NCBI GenBank assembly: GCA_964508365.1 | Contig: CAZDTP010000010.1 | Location: 1-64,000, forward strand | DNA: 64,000 nt | Direction: 5' to 3' | Source: an uncultured archaeon | GTDB taxonomy: Archaea; Asgardarchaeota; Lokiarchaeia; Sigyniarchaeales; SOKP01 | In this document: positions 39,680 to 49,685 of the stretch, in pieces | Layout: each line of letters starts with the position of its first letter | Numbering within the stretch: position 1 is the stretch's first letter | Notes under the pieces: generated by a model | What the model saw: the letters and a program-made list of their open reading frames with translations, nothing else | What the model was told of the DNA's origin: nothing | Databases searched by the model: none | Program-made: the position numbers and the translations under genes

Positions 39680-40606
39680 ATGGAAAAAAAACCAATTTCT
39701 TTAGCTTGCAGAATGGACTCAGAGAGAGCGATTAATTTAACAAAGAAGATTTTCGAATATTTAGTCAAAAAGGGCGAAATTGTTCAAATGGAGACTAGAA
39801 TTGCACCTAAAATCTTTCCGCATAGTGGAAAAGATTTAAAGGAAATGACGAAGGATAACACAAAATTTTTAATCTCGATAGGGGGTGATGGAACTATATT
39901 AAGAGTATCAGGCGGATTGCCGCCAAGGGAAGCACCTCCCATACTAGGCGTTAACATTGGATCCATAGGATTCCTAGATGAAACAAATGAAAGGAATGTT
40001 TTTAATGATATAAATCGCGTTTTAAAAGGAGATTTTTTAATTGAAGAATGCTCCAAAATAGCTGCTTTTATATTAAAGGATTCTGAAGAAATTCGATTGA
40101 GCAATGCTCTAAACGAAATTTTAATAATCTCATCAAAGAGTTCAAAAATTCTTTTGGCATCTATAAAAATAGACGGGTGTTATCTCAATCGTAGTTATTT
40201 AGATGGACTTATTATATCTACTTCTGTTGGTTCTACTGCATATAACCTTAGCGCAGGTGGTGCGATTGTTAAATCAACGATGGATATAATGCAAATTACA
40301 CCGTTAAATAGTTTTGCTCGATCAGGCTTGAAACCTATTGTACTACCAATAGAAAGTGAAGTTGAAATCCAACTTTTAAGACCAAGATTAACTGCTATGA
40401 TTATTATAGATGGCCAAAAATCTTTAAAAGATATCCAACCAAAATCAATAATTAGAGTACGTAAAGCAAATTCTCATACACATTTTATTCGTCTTTCTAA
40501 AAGTATTAGTGATAATTATGTCCGAAGATTGAGGAAAAAAATAATTAGAACTGTAAAGGTGCCTTTAGACGACAGCCCAGAAGAAGAATTTAATTCTAGT
40601 TTTTGA
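39680..40606 (+). CDS. nadK: NAD(+) kinase
   Basis: GGDGT, GSIGFL, LNE, DGLIIST..GSTAYNLSAGG, DGQ. Confidence 0.94.
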   Translation: MEKKPISLACRMDSERAINLTKKIFEYLVKKGEIVQMETRIAPKIFPHSGKDLKEMTKDNTKFLISIGGDGTILRVSGGLPPREAPPILGVNIGSIGFLDETNERNVFNDINRVLKGDFLIEECSKIAAFILKDSEEIRLSNALNEILIISSKSSKILLASIKIDGCYLNRSYLDGLIISTSVGSTAYNLSAGGAIVKSTMDIMQITPLNSFARSGLKPIVLPIESEVEIQLLRPRLTAMIIIDGQKSLKDIQPKSIIRVRKANSHTHFIRLSKSISDNYVRRLRKKIIRTVKVPLDDSPEEEFNSSF

Positions 40607-41123
40607 TACAAATATTTTTTTAACTGGCGTAGATTTTAATTACTTTACTGAAAGAATTTTCACAACACCAGAGATTGTGAAAGAGTTAAAAGTACCAAAT
40701 TATATCAATCGAAATAGAAATATTTTACGAAGAGTAGAATTAGCTATTGAGACTGGAAAACTAGTCGTTAAGAAAAGCAAGGATAAATACATAAACATAG
40801 TTGAGGAAAAATCCAAATCAACTGGTACTACTAAGGTTTTATCTAAGAACGACATCAGTTTAATGGGTTTAGTATTAGAATTAATGGACACATACCCGGA
40901 AGATATCATGCTATACACTAATGATTATTCCATGGAAAATTTATGTACTATGTTAAAAATTAGATTCAAACCTTTATATAAAAAAGGAATAGAGGAGAGA
41001 ATGTACTTCGAAGTGTATTGTCCTTATTGCAAAACACTACACAACCCAGAAGATTTATATAAAAAATGTGAAAGGTGTGGATTGCAACTGAAGAAGCGTT
41101 TGTTGAAAAAGGAAAAATTATAG
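40569..41123 (+). CDS. nob1: Nob1 PIN-domain endonuclease; extends 36 codons upstream of the track's GTG (40677) to an apparent ACG start
   Basis: The upstream frame supplies the first PIN motif LVFDTNIFL...TTPEIVKEL; then LSKNDI, TNDYSMEN and zinc ribbon CPYC...CERC. Confidence 0.85.
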   Translation, partial: TTAQKKNLILVFDTNIFLTGVDFNYFTERIFTTPEIVKELKVPNYINRNRNILRRVELAIETGKLVVKKSKDKYINIVEEKSKSTGTTKVLSKNDISLMGLVLELMDTYPEDIMLYTNDYSMENLCTMLKIRFKPLYKKGIEERMYFEVYCPYCKTLHNPEDLYKKCERCGLQLKKRLLKKEKL

Positions 41124-41181
41124 TATAAGATATATAGAATAAAACTTAGATAATTATTTGATAAAAAATTAAAGATAAACC

Positions 41182-42237
41182 ATGGGCATTAAAATAAACG
41201 AACTAGTAAAAGAAGTAAGGAGAACTATAACTTTTGATAATTTATTAAATAAACAAATTGCTATTGACGCCTTTAACACGATATACCAGTTTTTAGCTAT
41301 TATTAGGCAAAAAGATGGAACTCCATTAAAGGACTACAATGGAAATATAACTTCTCATCTATCCGGATTATTCTATAGGACAATTAATTTTTTAGAGCAT
41401 AGTATAAAGCCTATTTATGTGTTTGATGGAATTCCTTCTGACCTAAAAATGGAGACTATATTAGAAAGAAGAAAAATCAAAGAGGAAGCTGAGAATAAAA
41501 TGATCAAAGCACAAGAGGATGGGGATTTTAGAGAAGCTAAAAAATATGCTCAGATGACTTCTAAATTGGATACTAACATGATAGAGGAGAGTAAGAAATT
41601 ATTAAAATATCTTGGAATACCCATCGTTGACGCTACTTCTGAAGGTGAATCTCAATCTGCTTTTTTAGTCGAAAACGGTGATGCTTGGGCATGTGCTTCT
41701 CAAGACTACGATACATTACTCTTTGGTGGAGAGAGGTTAATACGAAATTTTGCTGTTAGCCGGAGTAAGAAACTTAAAAACACAACCGTTACCCTTGATA
41801 TCGAGTACATTTCCCTATCAAAATTTCTTGAAACTTTAAACATAACTCGCGAACAGTTAATAGAAATGGGAATATTAATAGGAACTGATTTCTATCCTGG
41901 TATTAAAGGGATAGGACAGTATAAAGCTCTCGAACTTATTAGAAAGTTCGGTTCATTAGATAATATCATAAATAATAAAATTAAAGTTGGAAATATAGAA
42001 ATTCATGTGGAAAGAAGTACTATTGAACAAATAAAAGAGATCTTTTTATACCCCGATATAAAAAAAGACTATCCAAAGATAATCTGGGAAAAAATTAAAT
42101 ACGAAAAAGTCGAAGAACTTCTGATAGAACAACATAATTTTTCAAAGCAAAGGGTCGAAAATGCGATTGAACGCCTAATAAAACAGACTTCTTCCAAAAC
42201 ACAAGTTTCATTAGATAGTTTCTTCAAAAAAAATTAA
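41182..42237 (+). CDS. fen: Flap endonuclease 1
   Basis: IDAFNTIYQFL, SHLSGLFYR, EGESQ, SQDYDTLLFG, GTDF; C-terminal PIP QVSLDSFF. Confidence 0.97.
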   Translation: MGIKINELVKEVRRTITFDNLLNKQIAIDAFNTIYQFLAIIRQKDGTPLKDYNGNITSHLSGLFYRTINFLEHSIKPIYVFDGIPSDLKMETILERRKIKEEAENKMIKAQEDGDFREAKKYAQMTSKLDTNMIEESKKLLKYLGIPIVDATSEGESQSAFLVENGDAWACASQDYDTLLFGGERLIRNFAVSRSKKLKNTTVTLDIEYISLSKFLETLNITREQLIEMGILIGTDFYPGIKGIGQYKALELIRKFGSLDNIINNKIKVGNIEIHVERSTIEQIKEIFLYPDIKKDYPKIIWEKIKYEKVEELLIEQHNFSKQRVENAIERLIKQTSSKTQVSLDSFFKKN

Positions 42238-42323
42238 AATCTACCATAAAAAAAAGCAAAAATTTTTACAAAATCATTCTTTCATATTTTTAGAATACTC
42301 AAAATAGTATTAAAGGATCTAAA

Positions 42324-44558
42324 ATGTCAGCAAAAGAGAACGACAATAACAATTCAAATGGCGATGATAATCTAATAGTATCTTTACGAGTACAGGAAGC
42401 AAAAAAAAGGGATATTGGTCGAAATATAGCTAGAATTGATCAGGAAACCATGGAAAAGTTAGATATAAAAACAGGTGATGTCATCGCCCTAGTTGGAAAG
42501 AAAGAGAGTGCTGGAATAGCTTGGCCCAGTTATCCTCAAGATAGTGGTTTAGGGATCGTACGCATTGATTCTAGATTGAAAAAGAATATCGGAACGAGTA
42601 TTGACGATACAATTCAAATCAGAAAAATAAAAACTCATTCCGCTCAAAGTATCGTTTTAGCGCCAATTAGTGTTAAAATAAAATCAAACCCAAGGTTTGA
42701 AACCTTCGTTAAACGAAAATTAAGTAATTACCCCGTTACTATTGATGATTTCATATTTATATCAATAGGCATCAGCCGGGAAATTACTTTTAAGGTCATA
42801 AGTATGAGACCTAGTGGAATTTGTACTATTAAACCAGAAACATCGCTTCACATAAGTGAACACATTACTGAAGATGAAGAGCGGGGGGCAGATTATGTTA
42901 CATATGAGGATGTTGGAGGTTTAGATCGTGAAATACAAAGAGTGAGAGAAATGGTTGAACTCCCATTAAGGCATCCTTCATTATTTAAGCGTTTGGGTAT
43001 TGACCCTCCAAAAGGTGTTTTATTAAGAGGTCCTCCAGGGTGCGGTAAAACTCTATTAGCTAAAGCCGTAGCAAACGAAAGCGAAGCCTTTTTTATTTCA
43101 ATCAATGGTCCAGAAATAATGAGCAAGTTTTATGGTGAGTCAGAAAAAAAATTACGTAAAATATTCATTGATGCTGAAGAAAAAAGCCCCTCAATAATTT
43201 TTATTGATGAAATTGACGCTATCGCACCTAAAAGAGAAACTGTTACTGGAGAAGTTGAAAGAAGAGTTGTAGCTCAATTATTAGCATTAATGGATGGGTT
43301 GCATAGTAGAGGTAAAGTGATAGTAATTGGTGCAACTAATCGACCCAATAGTTTGGATTCCGCATTAAGGCGTCCAGGTAGATTCGATCGCGAAATAGAA
43401 ATAAAAGTTCCAAATGAGAAAGGGAGAAGAGAAGTTTTCCAAATTCATACGAGAAGTATGCCTCTCGACAAAAAAATTTCCTTAAAAGAATTTGCTAATG
43501 TTACTCATGGATTTGTAGGGGCTGATATTTCTGCTGTATGTCGAGAAGCAGCAATGTCAGCACTTAGGAGATATCTCCCACAGATTGATTTAGATTCAGA
43601 AATAATAGATCAAGAATTGCTTGAACAAATAGAGGTTACCAAAGCTGATTTTGAGGAAGCTTTAAAAGAAGTTATGCCCTCTGGAATAAGAGAAGTGTTC
43701 GTCGAAATACCAAATGTTACTTGGGATCAGATAGGTGGATTGGAAGATTTAAAGCAAAAGTTGATAGAATCTGTTGATTGGCCTTTATCTCATCCTAAAA
43801 TATTCGAGCGAATGGGAATAACTCCTCCAAGAGGAATTCTGCTTTATGGTCCCCCTGGATGTGGAAAGACACTTTTAGCTCGGGCAGTAGCAACCGAAAG
43901 TAAAGCAAATTTTATATCAATTAAAGGACCTGAATTGCTCTCAAAATATGTTGGAGAAAGCGAAAAAGCAATTCGTGAAGTATTCCGAATAGCTAAAATG
44001 GCAGCACCCTGTATTATTTTTTTTGATGAATTTGATTCGATAGCTCCAAGTAGAGGTAGACACACTACCGATTCAGGAGTTTCAGAAAAAGTTCTCTCGC
44101 AATTCTTAACTGAATTGGATGGATTAGAAGTAAAAAAAGATATTATAGTGATTGCTGCTACAAACCGCCCCGACATTTTAGACCCTGCTTTAATAAGACC
44201 AGGAAGAATTGATAGGATACTACTCGTTCCCGCTCCTAATGAAGATGGAAGAGAAAAAATCTTAAAAATTTTTACCAAAAACATGCCTTTAGCAGCTAAT
44301 ATTGATTTAAATGCGTTAAATAAGAAGCTAGAGGGTTTCACTGGAGCAGATCTAGAAACTTTATGTCGTGAAGCTGGCATGATTGCTTTAAGAGATAATA
44401 TGAAAGCAAGGAAAATTTCTGAGGAACACTTTAAAGCGGCAACAGAGTCGATTTACCCGAGTATTACACCAGAAATAAGTAAGTGGTATGAAGATTTTGG
44501 AAAAAAATTAAAAACTAGAATTATTGAACAATCAAAAGAAGATCAGATGGTTGTGTAA
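42324..44558 (+). CDS. cdc48: CDC48/VCP AAA+ ATPase
   Basis: N-domain plus two AAA modules (GPPGCGKT twice, DEID, DEFD, RPGRFDR). Confidence 0.97.
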   Translation: MSAKENDNNNSNGDDNLIVSLRVQEAKKRDIGRNIARIDQETMEKLDIKTGDVIALVGKKESAGIAWPSYPQDSGLGIVRIDSRLKKNIGTSIDDTIQIRKIKTHSAQSIVLAPISVKIKSNPRFETFVKRKLSNYPVTIDDFIFISIGISREITFKVISMRPSGICTIKPETSLHISEHITEDEERGADYVTYEDVGGLDREIQRVREMVELPLRHPSLFKRLGIDPPKGVLLRGPPGCGKTLLAKAVANESEAFFISINGPEIMSKFYGESEKKLRKIFIDAEEKSPSIIFIDEIDAIAPKRETVTGEVERRVVAQLLALMDGLHSRGKVIVIGATNRPNSLDSALRRPGRFDREIEIKVPNEKGRREVFQIHTRSMPLDKKISLKEFANVTHGFVGADISAVCREAAMSALRRYLPQIDLDSEIIDQELLEQIEVTKADFEEALKEVMPSGIREVFVEIPNVTWDQIGGLEDLKQKLIESVDWPLSHPKIFERMGITPPRGILLYGPPGCGKTLLARAVATESKANFISIKGPELLSKYVGESEKAIREVFRIAKMAAPCIIFFDEFDSIAPSRGRHTTDSGVSEKVLSQFLTELDGLEVKKDIIVIAATNRPDILDPALIRPGRIDRILLVPAPNEDGREKILKIFTKNMPLAANIDLNALNKKLEGFTGADLETLCREAGMIALRDNMKARKISEEHFKAATESIYPSITPEISKWYEDFGKKLKTRIIEQSKEDQMVV

Positions 44559-44644
44559 TATTCCAAAAATTAATTTGTAGGATATTATTTTATATTATTG
44601 TAACAAATAAATTCCAAATTAAATTTAGTAAAAGGTGATTTATT

Positions 44645-44917
44645 ATCGAAAACCACAGATGGAATCAAAAACCTATCGTAAATTCTTTAATAGATATTTT
44701 GATAAAAAATAAAGGCGAAATTTTAGATAAACGTTTAGAAGAACTACTTAAGAAAGAATTCCCATATATTCAATCATTAATGTTGGAAGAGCTCCTAATG
44801 AAACTGGAAAGTCGAAGTATAATTAATGTATTTAGGGTTTCAAACACTAAAAAAATGATTGTGCTGAACAAAAGAAATCAAGAAATTAGAAGTGAAATAA
44901 TGGAAGGTTTAAATTGA
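44645..44917 (+). CDS. Small winged-helix protein downstream of cdc48; apparent ATC start 18 codons upstream of the track's TTG
   Basis: (I)ENHRWNQKPIVNSLIDILIKNKGEILD...LMKLESRSIINV resembles small archaeal wHTH proteins; AAGGTG at 44632-44637. Confidence 0.65.
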   Translation: MENHRWNQKPIVNSLIDILIKNKGEILDKRLEELLKKEFPYIQSLMLEELLMKLESRSIINVFRVSNTKKMIVLNKRNQEIRSEIMEGLN

Positions 44918-46474
44918 GTGGACCTTTTTCCAGTTAATGCATTCTTGAGCTAAAGTTGCGTGTTCCGTTGGAGATTTAAATCTTCTTTCTCGTATATCCA
45001 CAAATATTGGATAATTTACGGCATTTCCCATTAATAACATCTCACCAACGCCAAGGCTTGAAATCATATTAGAGAATTCTTTAGTAATTGCTTCAGAACT
45101 GTCCATCAGATGCTTTAAATCGTAAGGATTTTTAATATTTAGAATTAATTTCGAATTGGTTTGCGATAAAGCAGTAGTGCTTAACTTTTTAGGTCTCTGA
45201 CTTATTAAACATAAGCATGCCATAAATTTCCTTCCTTCTCTTGCAATTGTTTCAATTATATGTTTTGAAATTGCTTTAGAATGAGCCGCTTCTGGGCAGA
45301 ATTGGTGTGATTCTTCAATTATCAATAAAAAAGGAGGAATCTCATTCATTCTTCTTAAATAAAACAAACGAGTACAGATATAATCAACAATTATCTGTTT
45401 TTTACGAATTGAAATTTCATTTTGAAGATTGAAAATTGATATTTCTCCTTGCTTCACAAAATTATTTATAACTGGATTTTCTTGCGGTCCAAACAGTTTT
45501 AACCGGTCTAATTCAGATAACCACCCTATCAAAGCTTGTTTAGTATTTTTACCGCCTTCTGAATCATTTTCAATTTCTTCAATAATTTCATTAAGTGTAT
45601 ATTTTTTTTTAAAATCATTATCTCTTTTCAATGTCTTAATGTATTTAGCTAACTCTCTTAATTGAACATGAGATATTTGTTCTTGGTATTTTTTAAAACT
45701 ATAAGCACCTAAACTAGGGGTTGAAATTTGAAAGTACGAAGTGTCTACAACTTTAACTTTACTTTTTAACTCAGGAATATTTTTAAGATAACTATATTCA
45801 CCGTGTACATCAATCATAATGATCGCTGGTGTTCCATAACCGTTTTCTCTTGTTAACAATTCTTCTATCAATACTGAAGTAAGATAACTTTTGCCTCCTC
45901 CCGAGATTGAGAGAATTGCAAAATGTTTGTTTAGTAATCGATCCATATCGATAAAGGCTTCGATGTCAGATACTTTAACTTTTCCGATATTTAATCCATG
46001 TGTACGATTAATACCAATAAAAACTTCTAGGATTTCTTTTTCAACTATAAATACTTCTTTGCCTGGACTTGCGGGATACAGCATCCTCTTTATCCTTCTC
46101 AAATCTGTTTCATTAGAGTCATTGAATTCTACTATTCCTAAGTTTCTTACAATTGCAATAGCATATTCAAAATCGTCACTAGGAAAGAGTCCTTTTAGAA
46201 TATTTGGATTAGTTTCACTGTTATAAGCTTTAATTGTAAGCGCATCAGAGAAATATTCGTTTAAAAGGACAATTTTTTCAATTATGCCTATTAAATAACC
46301 TTCAATAGATCTAGTATATACAAATAATCCTTTTTTAACGAGTAATCCACCAGTTCTCTTATTTATTACAAAAGGATAGTTTGAAACATCAGGTAATTGA
46401 AGAAAATTAAATACTATACCAAGCTTTAGAGACATTGAATTTAGATAAGTAAAAATATTAATAAATATAGACAA
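44909..46474 (-). CDS. HerA/DUF87-family ATPase (start probably ATG 46435)
   Basis: HFAILSISGGGKS, IDVHGEY, IIEESHQF, AREGRKF, ISQRP..LS..ALSQ. Confidence 0.87.
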   Translation of the reverse strand: MSIFINIFTYLNSMSLKLGIVFNFLQLPDVSNYPFVINKRTGGLLVKKGLFVYTRSIEGYLIGIIEKIVLLNEYFSDALTIKAYNSETNPNILKGLFPSDDFEYAIAIVRNLGIVEFNDSNETDLRRIKRMLYPASPGKEVFIVEKEILEVFIGINRTHGLNIGKVKVSDIEAFIDMDRLLNKHFAILSISGGGKSYLTSVLIEELLTRENGYGTPAIIMIDVHGEYSYLKNIPELKSKVKVVDTSYFQISTPSLGAYSFKKYQEQISHVQLRELAKYIKTLKRDNDFKKKYTLNEIIEEIENDSEGGKNTKQALIGWLSELDRLKLFGPQENPVINNFVKQGEISIFNLQNEISIRKKQIIVDYICTRLFYLRRMNEIPPFLLIIEESHQFCPEAAHSKAISKHIIETIAREGRKFMACLCLISQRPKKLSTTALSQTNSKLILNIKNPYDLKHLMDSSEAITKEFSNMISSLGVGEMLLMGNAVNYPIFVDIRERRFKSPTEHATLAQECINWKKVHSI

Positions 46475-46544
46475 GAGACAGAATTTACTGATTTAAAAAG
46501 AAAGTATATTAGAAAAAAAATATGGATGAAATTACGTTTAGGCT

Positions 46545-47147
46545 CTAATTTTCCAATTTTCCCATTATTCTTAATATTACATAGTATCCGTTTTTCCAAA
46601 AGTAGATCATAAATAAGGTAATTGCTAAAATCGCAAATACCGCAATTCCTGCGAATAGAATCTTATTACCTGTTGGAGATAAGATTAAAAATACAAAAAA
46701 AGGTGAACTTTCGCTAGAACCTATCTCTTGAATTAATGAGATTATAATACCAACAATAACTGCCATAACACTTATTAACAGACCCCCAGCAGCAATTTTA
46801 ACATCAATACGATTTTTATACTTTTCTTCAATTTCTCTTACATTGAAAATGAAGTGTAACACCCATTTTCTTCCTTTTTTAAATAATCCAAAGAAAAATA
46901 TCAAAAGAAAAAACAGTCCCGCTAAAATTCCCGCGATTATAGCAATTTGGGATCCTAAACTAAACGCTAAGAAAACATCTAACTTCCCAGTTGGCATTAT
47001 AAAGTCAAATATTGACCAGATACCTCCCGTAATGCAAGTCAAGCAAGCAAGAACGATAAAAATGTAAAATATATTCCCTACTACTCTTTGGTTTGAAGGA
47101 TAAATTTCTTCAGAACTTGAATATGATTCTTCCATTTTTTCCACCAA
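46545..47147 (-). CDS. Hypothetical membrane protein (start probably ATG 47135)
   Basis: Four hydrophobic segments with internal duplication-like similarity. Confidence 0.7.
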   Translation of the reverse strand: MVEKMEESYSSSEEIYPSNQRVVGNIFYIFIVLACLTCITGGIWSIFDFIMPTGKLDVFLAFSLGSQIAIIAGILAGLFFLLIFFFGLFKKGRKWVLHFIFNVREIEEKYKNRIDVKIAAGGLLISVMAVIVGIIISLIQEIGSSESSPFFVFLILSPTGNKILFAGIAVFAILAITLFMIYFWKNGYYVILRIMGKLEN

Positions 47148-47238
47148 TCTATTTTATATAAAAAATTTATAATATTCTAAATATATAAAATTGAGTATTT
47201 TAGCTTAAATTTGAAGTAAAGACCTCGAAGTGAAAGCT

Positions 47239-48777
47239 TTAATTGGTTTCTTTATGTTGGAGCGTTTCGATGAATGTTTTAAAGAAATTTTTTTCATTTA
47301 AATACGAATATAAATTATTTGACAAATTGTAAATCTCATTATATACCTTCTGATGAGATATATTAGGAATCCATTTCTTATCCACCTTACAAATATTTTC
47401 AGTAGCTTTAATAAGATCAGGAAACAATCCAGCACCTGTTGCTGCTAAAATTGCCGCTCCTAAAGATGTAGCTTCTTCAATTACATTTCTTACACAAGTT
47501 ATACCTATAACATCAGAGTAGATTTGATTCCAAAAATCTGAGCGAGACCCACCCCCAGTTAACTTTAATTCTTTTGGAGCTATTCCTAACTCTCTAAAGA
47601 TTTCAATATTTTTTCTTACTTCAAATGCCACACCCTCCATAATAGATCGTATAATATCTCTTCTTTTATGACCTAATGATAAACCGTATATTATACCTCG
47701 TGCATACGGGTTCCAATGAGGTGCTCCAGCACCAACCAAATGCGGGATTGCTAATAGCGAGTTAGCTCCAATGGGTGACTTTTCAGCTTCTTCAGTTAAT
47801 ATAACATACGGATCTTGGTTTAGTTTTTCAGCCTGTTCACACTCTTGTGCCCCTAGTTCGTCCCTAAACCACCTCAAAAAGGCTCCAGTTGTAAAAATAC
47901 TAGCTTCTTGAACCCATGCGCCAGGAATTGCATGACAACTGCATAAAACACGCTTTTTCGGATCAAGTTTAGGTTGTTCTAAATAAGCTAATATAAAACT
48001 TCCAGTTCCAGTCGTGACTTTAATGGTTCCTGGAGAGACAACTCCTACTCCCAGTGCCGCTGATTGCTGATCACCTGCTCCAGTTATTACTAAAGTCTTT
48101 TTGTCAAATAATGTATCCTCAGTTATGATTTCTCCTATGTCGATTCCACTCTCTAAGGGTTCTGGCATTTTATCCAAGTCAATTTCAAGTTCAGAGGCGA
48201 TCTCATCTGAATACTTGAATTTATTAATATCAAAAAGCATCGTCCTCGAAGCGTTTGAGTGGTCTGTATAAAAATTTCCAGTTAATTTATAGATAATATA
48301 ATCTGAAACAAGTAAGAATTTATGGGTTTTTTGATATATCTCTGGTTTTTCATCTTTGAACCATAAAATTTTTGTGGCAGAAAAATAAGGATCAATAATT
48401 AACCCCGTAGTATTATATATTTTATCTTCTCCTATCTTTTTCTTAATGAACTCAACTTGGTTAGTGGTTCTTCGATCTTGCCACACTAACGCATTATGTA
48501 AAGGGTTACCTTCTCGATCTACAGGAACAATTGTTTCGCGCTGATTAGTAACAGAAAGACTTACAATATCTGATTTATCGATTCCGCTTTTTTTAATAGC
48601 TATTTCGATAGTTTTCTTTAATGATTCCCACCACGAATTAGCGTCTTGCTCCACATAAGAAGGAACTGGATAAAAACTCTCCCACTCTTGGTAGTCACTT
48701 GATATTATTGAACCAGACATATCAAAAATAAACGTTCTACATCCTGTAGTTCCAAGGTCGAGTGCTGCAACAAACAT
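47239..48777 (-). CDS. FGGY-family kinase, glycerol kinase/xylulokinase-like
   Basis: DLGTTG, TNQRET, VWQDRRT, DPYFSATK, SNASRTMLF, GDQQ, GAPHW. Confidence 0.9.
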   Translation of the reverse strand: MFVAALDLGTTGCRTFIFDMSGSIISSDYQEWESFYPVPSYVEQDANSWWESLKKTIEIAIKKSGIDKSDIVSLSVTNQRETIVPVDREGNPLHNALVWQDRRTTNQVEFIKKKIGEDKIYNTTGLIIDPYFSATKILWFKDEKPEIYQKTHKFLLVSDYIIYKLTGNFYTDHSNASRTMLFDINKFKYSDEIASELEIDLDKMPEPLESGIDIGEIITEDTLFDKKTLVITGAGDQQSAALGVGVVSPGTIKVTTGTGSFILAYLEQPKLDPKKRVLCSCHAIPGAWVQEASIFTTGAFLRWFRDELGAQECEQAEKLNQDPYVILTEEAEKSPIGANSLLAIPHLVGAGAPHWNPYARGIIYGLSLGHKRRDIIRSIMEGVAFEVRKNIEIFRELGIAPKELKLTGGGSRSDFWNQIYSDVIGITCVRNVIEEATSLGAAILAATGAGLFPDLIKATENICKVDKKWIPNISHQKVYNEIYNLSNNLYSYLNEKNFFKTFIETLQHKETN

Positions 48778-48875
48778 AATTACTAAACATCTTTGTATAT
48801 TTAGTTTTAATGATATGTAATAGATTGTATTATGAAATAAAAACTATTATTAACGATTATAAGAAAAAACTTTTT

Positions 48876-49553
48876 TTATTTCACTTTTTTAAACCCACAT
48901 TGTTGACACACTAATCCAACTTTAGGAATATAAACTTGTGTAAGGGGACCATTACAAATTGGGCACTTAACATCAGATGTTGGAAACCAATGTCCTTTAA
49001 TATTGGGCATTTGTTTCAAAGTATTAACGAATTTCAATCTCTCTAAATCCTGCTTATTTATCTGCAGCAACTGTTGTTCTTCAGCAATAGATTTTCCTTT
49101 TGGAGCTAAAACCATTAAAAATTTCATTTCTTTCGGATTGTTTAGTAAAGATAATGTTCTTAATATAGCTCCTTCTTTATATTGCTCAAATAATTTAGCT
49201 AATTCTGGAGGGGCTAAAGCTACTAATATTGCTTGCGAATCCTTTGAGTGTTCTTTAACTTTTTGGATGAGGAATTGGAACATTCTCCTTTCTTGATCCA
49301 TTCCCCAAATAAAGTTCCAAGGTTTTATATCGTAATCCTCCTTATTAGGTCCGACGATTCTTTTGATACATTCCACCCATGAATAATGGTTAAAATTATA
49401 CATATTAGAGAGTAAATCGTCAAAAAATCCTGGTTCAATTACGGGAAAAGTTTTGATTATATTTTTTAGTGATAACAATTTAACTTCGGTCAAAACTTTT
49501 GCGTTAAGATTATCCCACGGCGTATATGCGAAGACTGAAAAGAAATTGCTCAT
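48876..49553 (-). CDS. Hypothetical protein with C-terminal zinc ribbon
   Basis: 225-codon ORF; CPIC...CQQC. Confidence 0.7.
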   Translation of the reverse strand: MSNFFSVFAYTPWDNLNAKVLTEVKLLSLKNIIKTFPVIEPGFFDDLLSNMYNFNHYSWVECIKRIVGPNKEDYDIKPWNFIWGMDQERRMFQFLIQKVKEHSKDSQAILVALAPPELAKLFEQYKEGAILRTLSLLNNPKEMKFLMVLAPKGKSIAEEQQLLQINKQDLERLKFVNTLKQMPNIKGHWFPTSDVKCPICNGPLTQVYIPKVGLVCQQCGFKKVK

Positions 49554-49685
49554 GATATTTTAAAACTAATTTATAATATCCTTTTAATTTTAATATTTAC
49601 TAAAGAATAATGGTTTAAAATATAAAAATAAGATTTAAGAAATATTACTCTTATTCCTTTGTTAAATACTAAACGAGATGATTAA

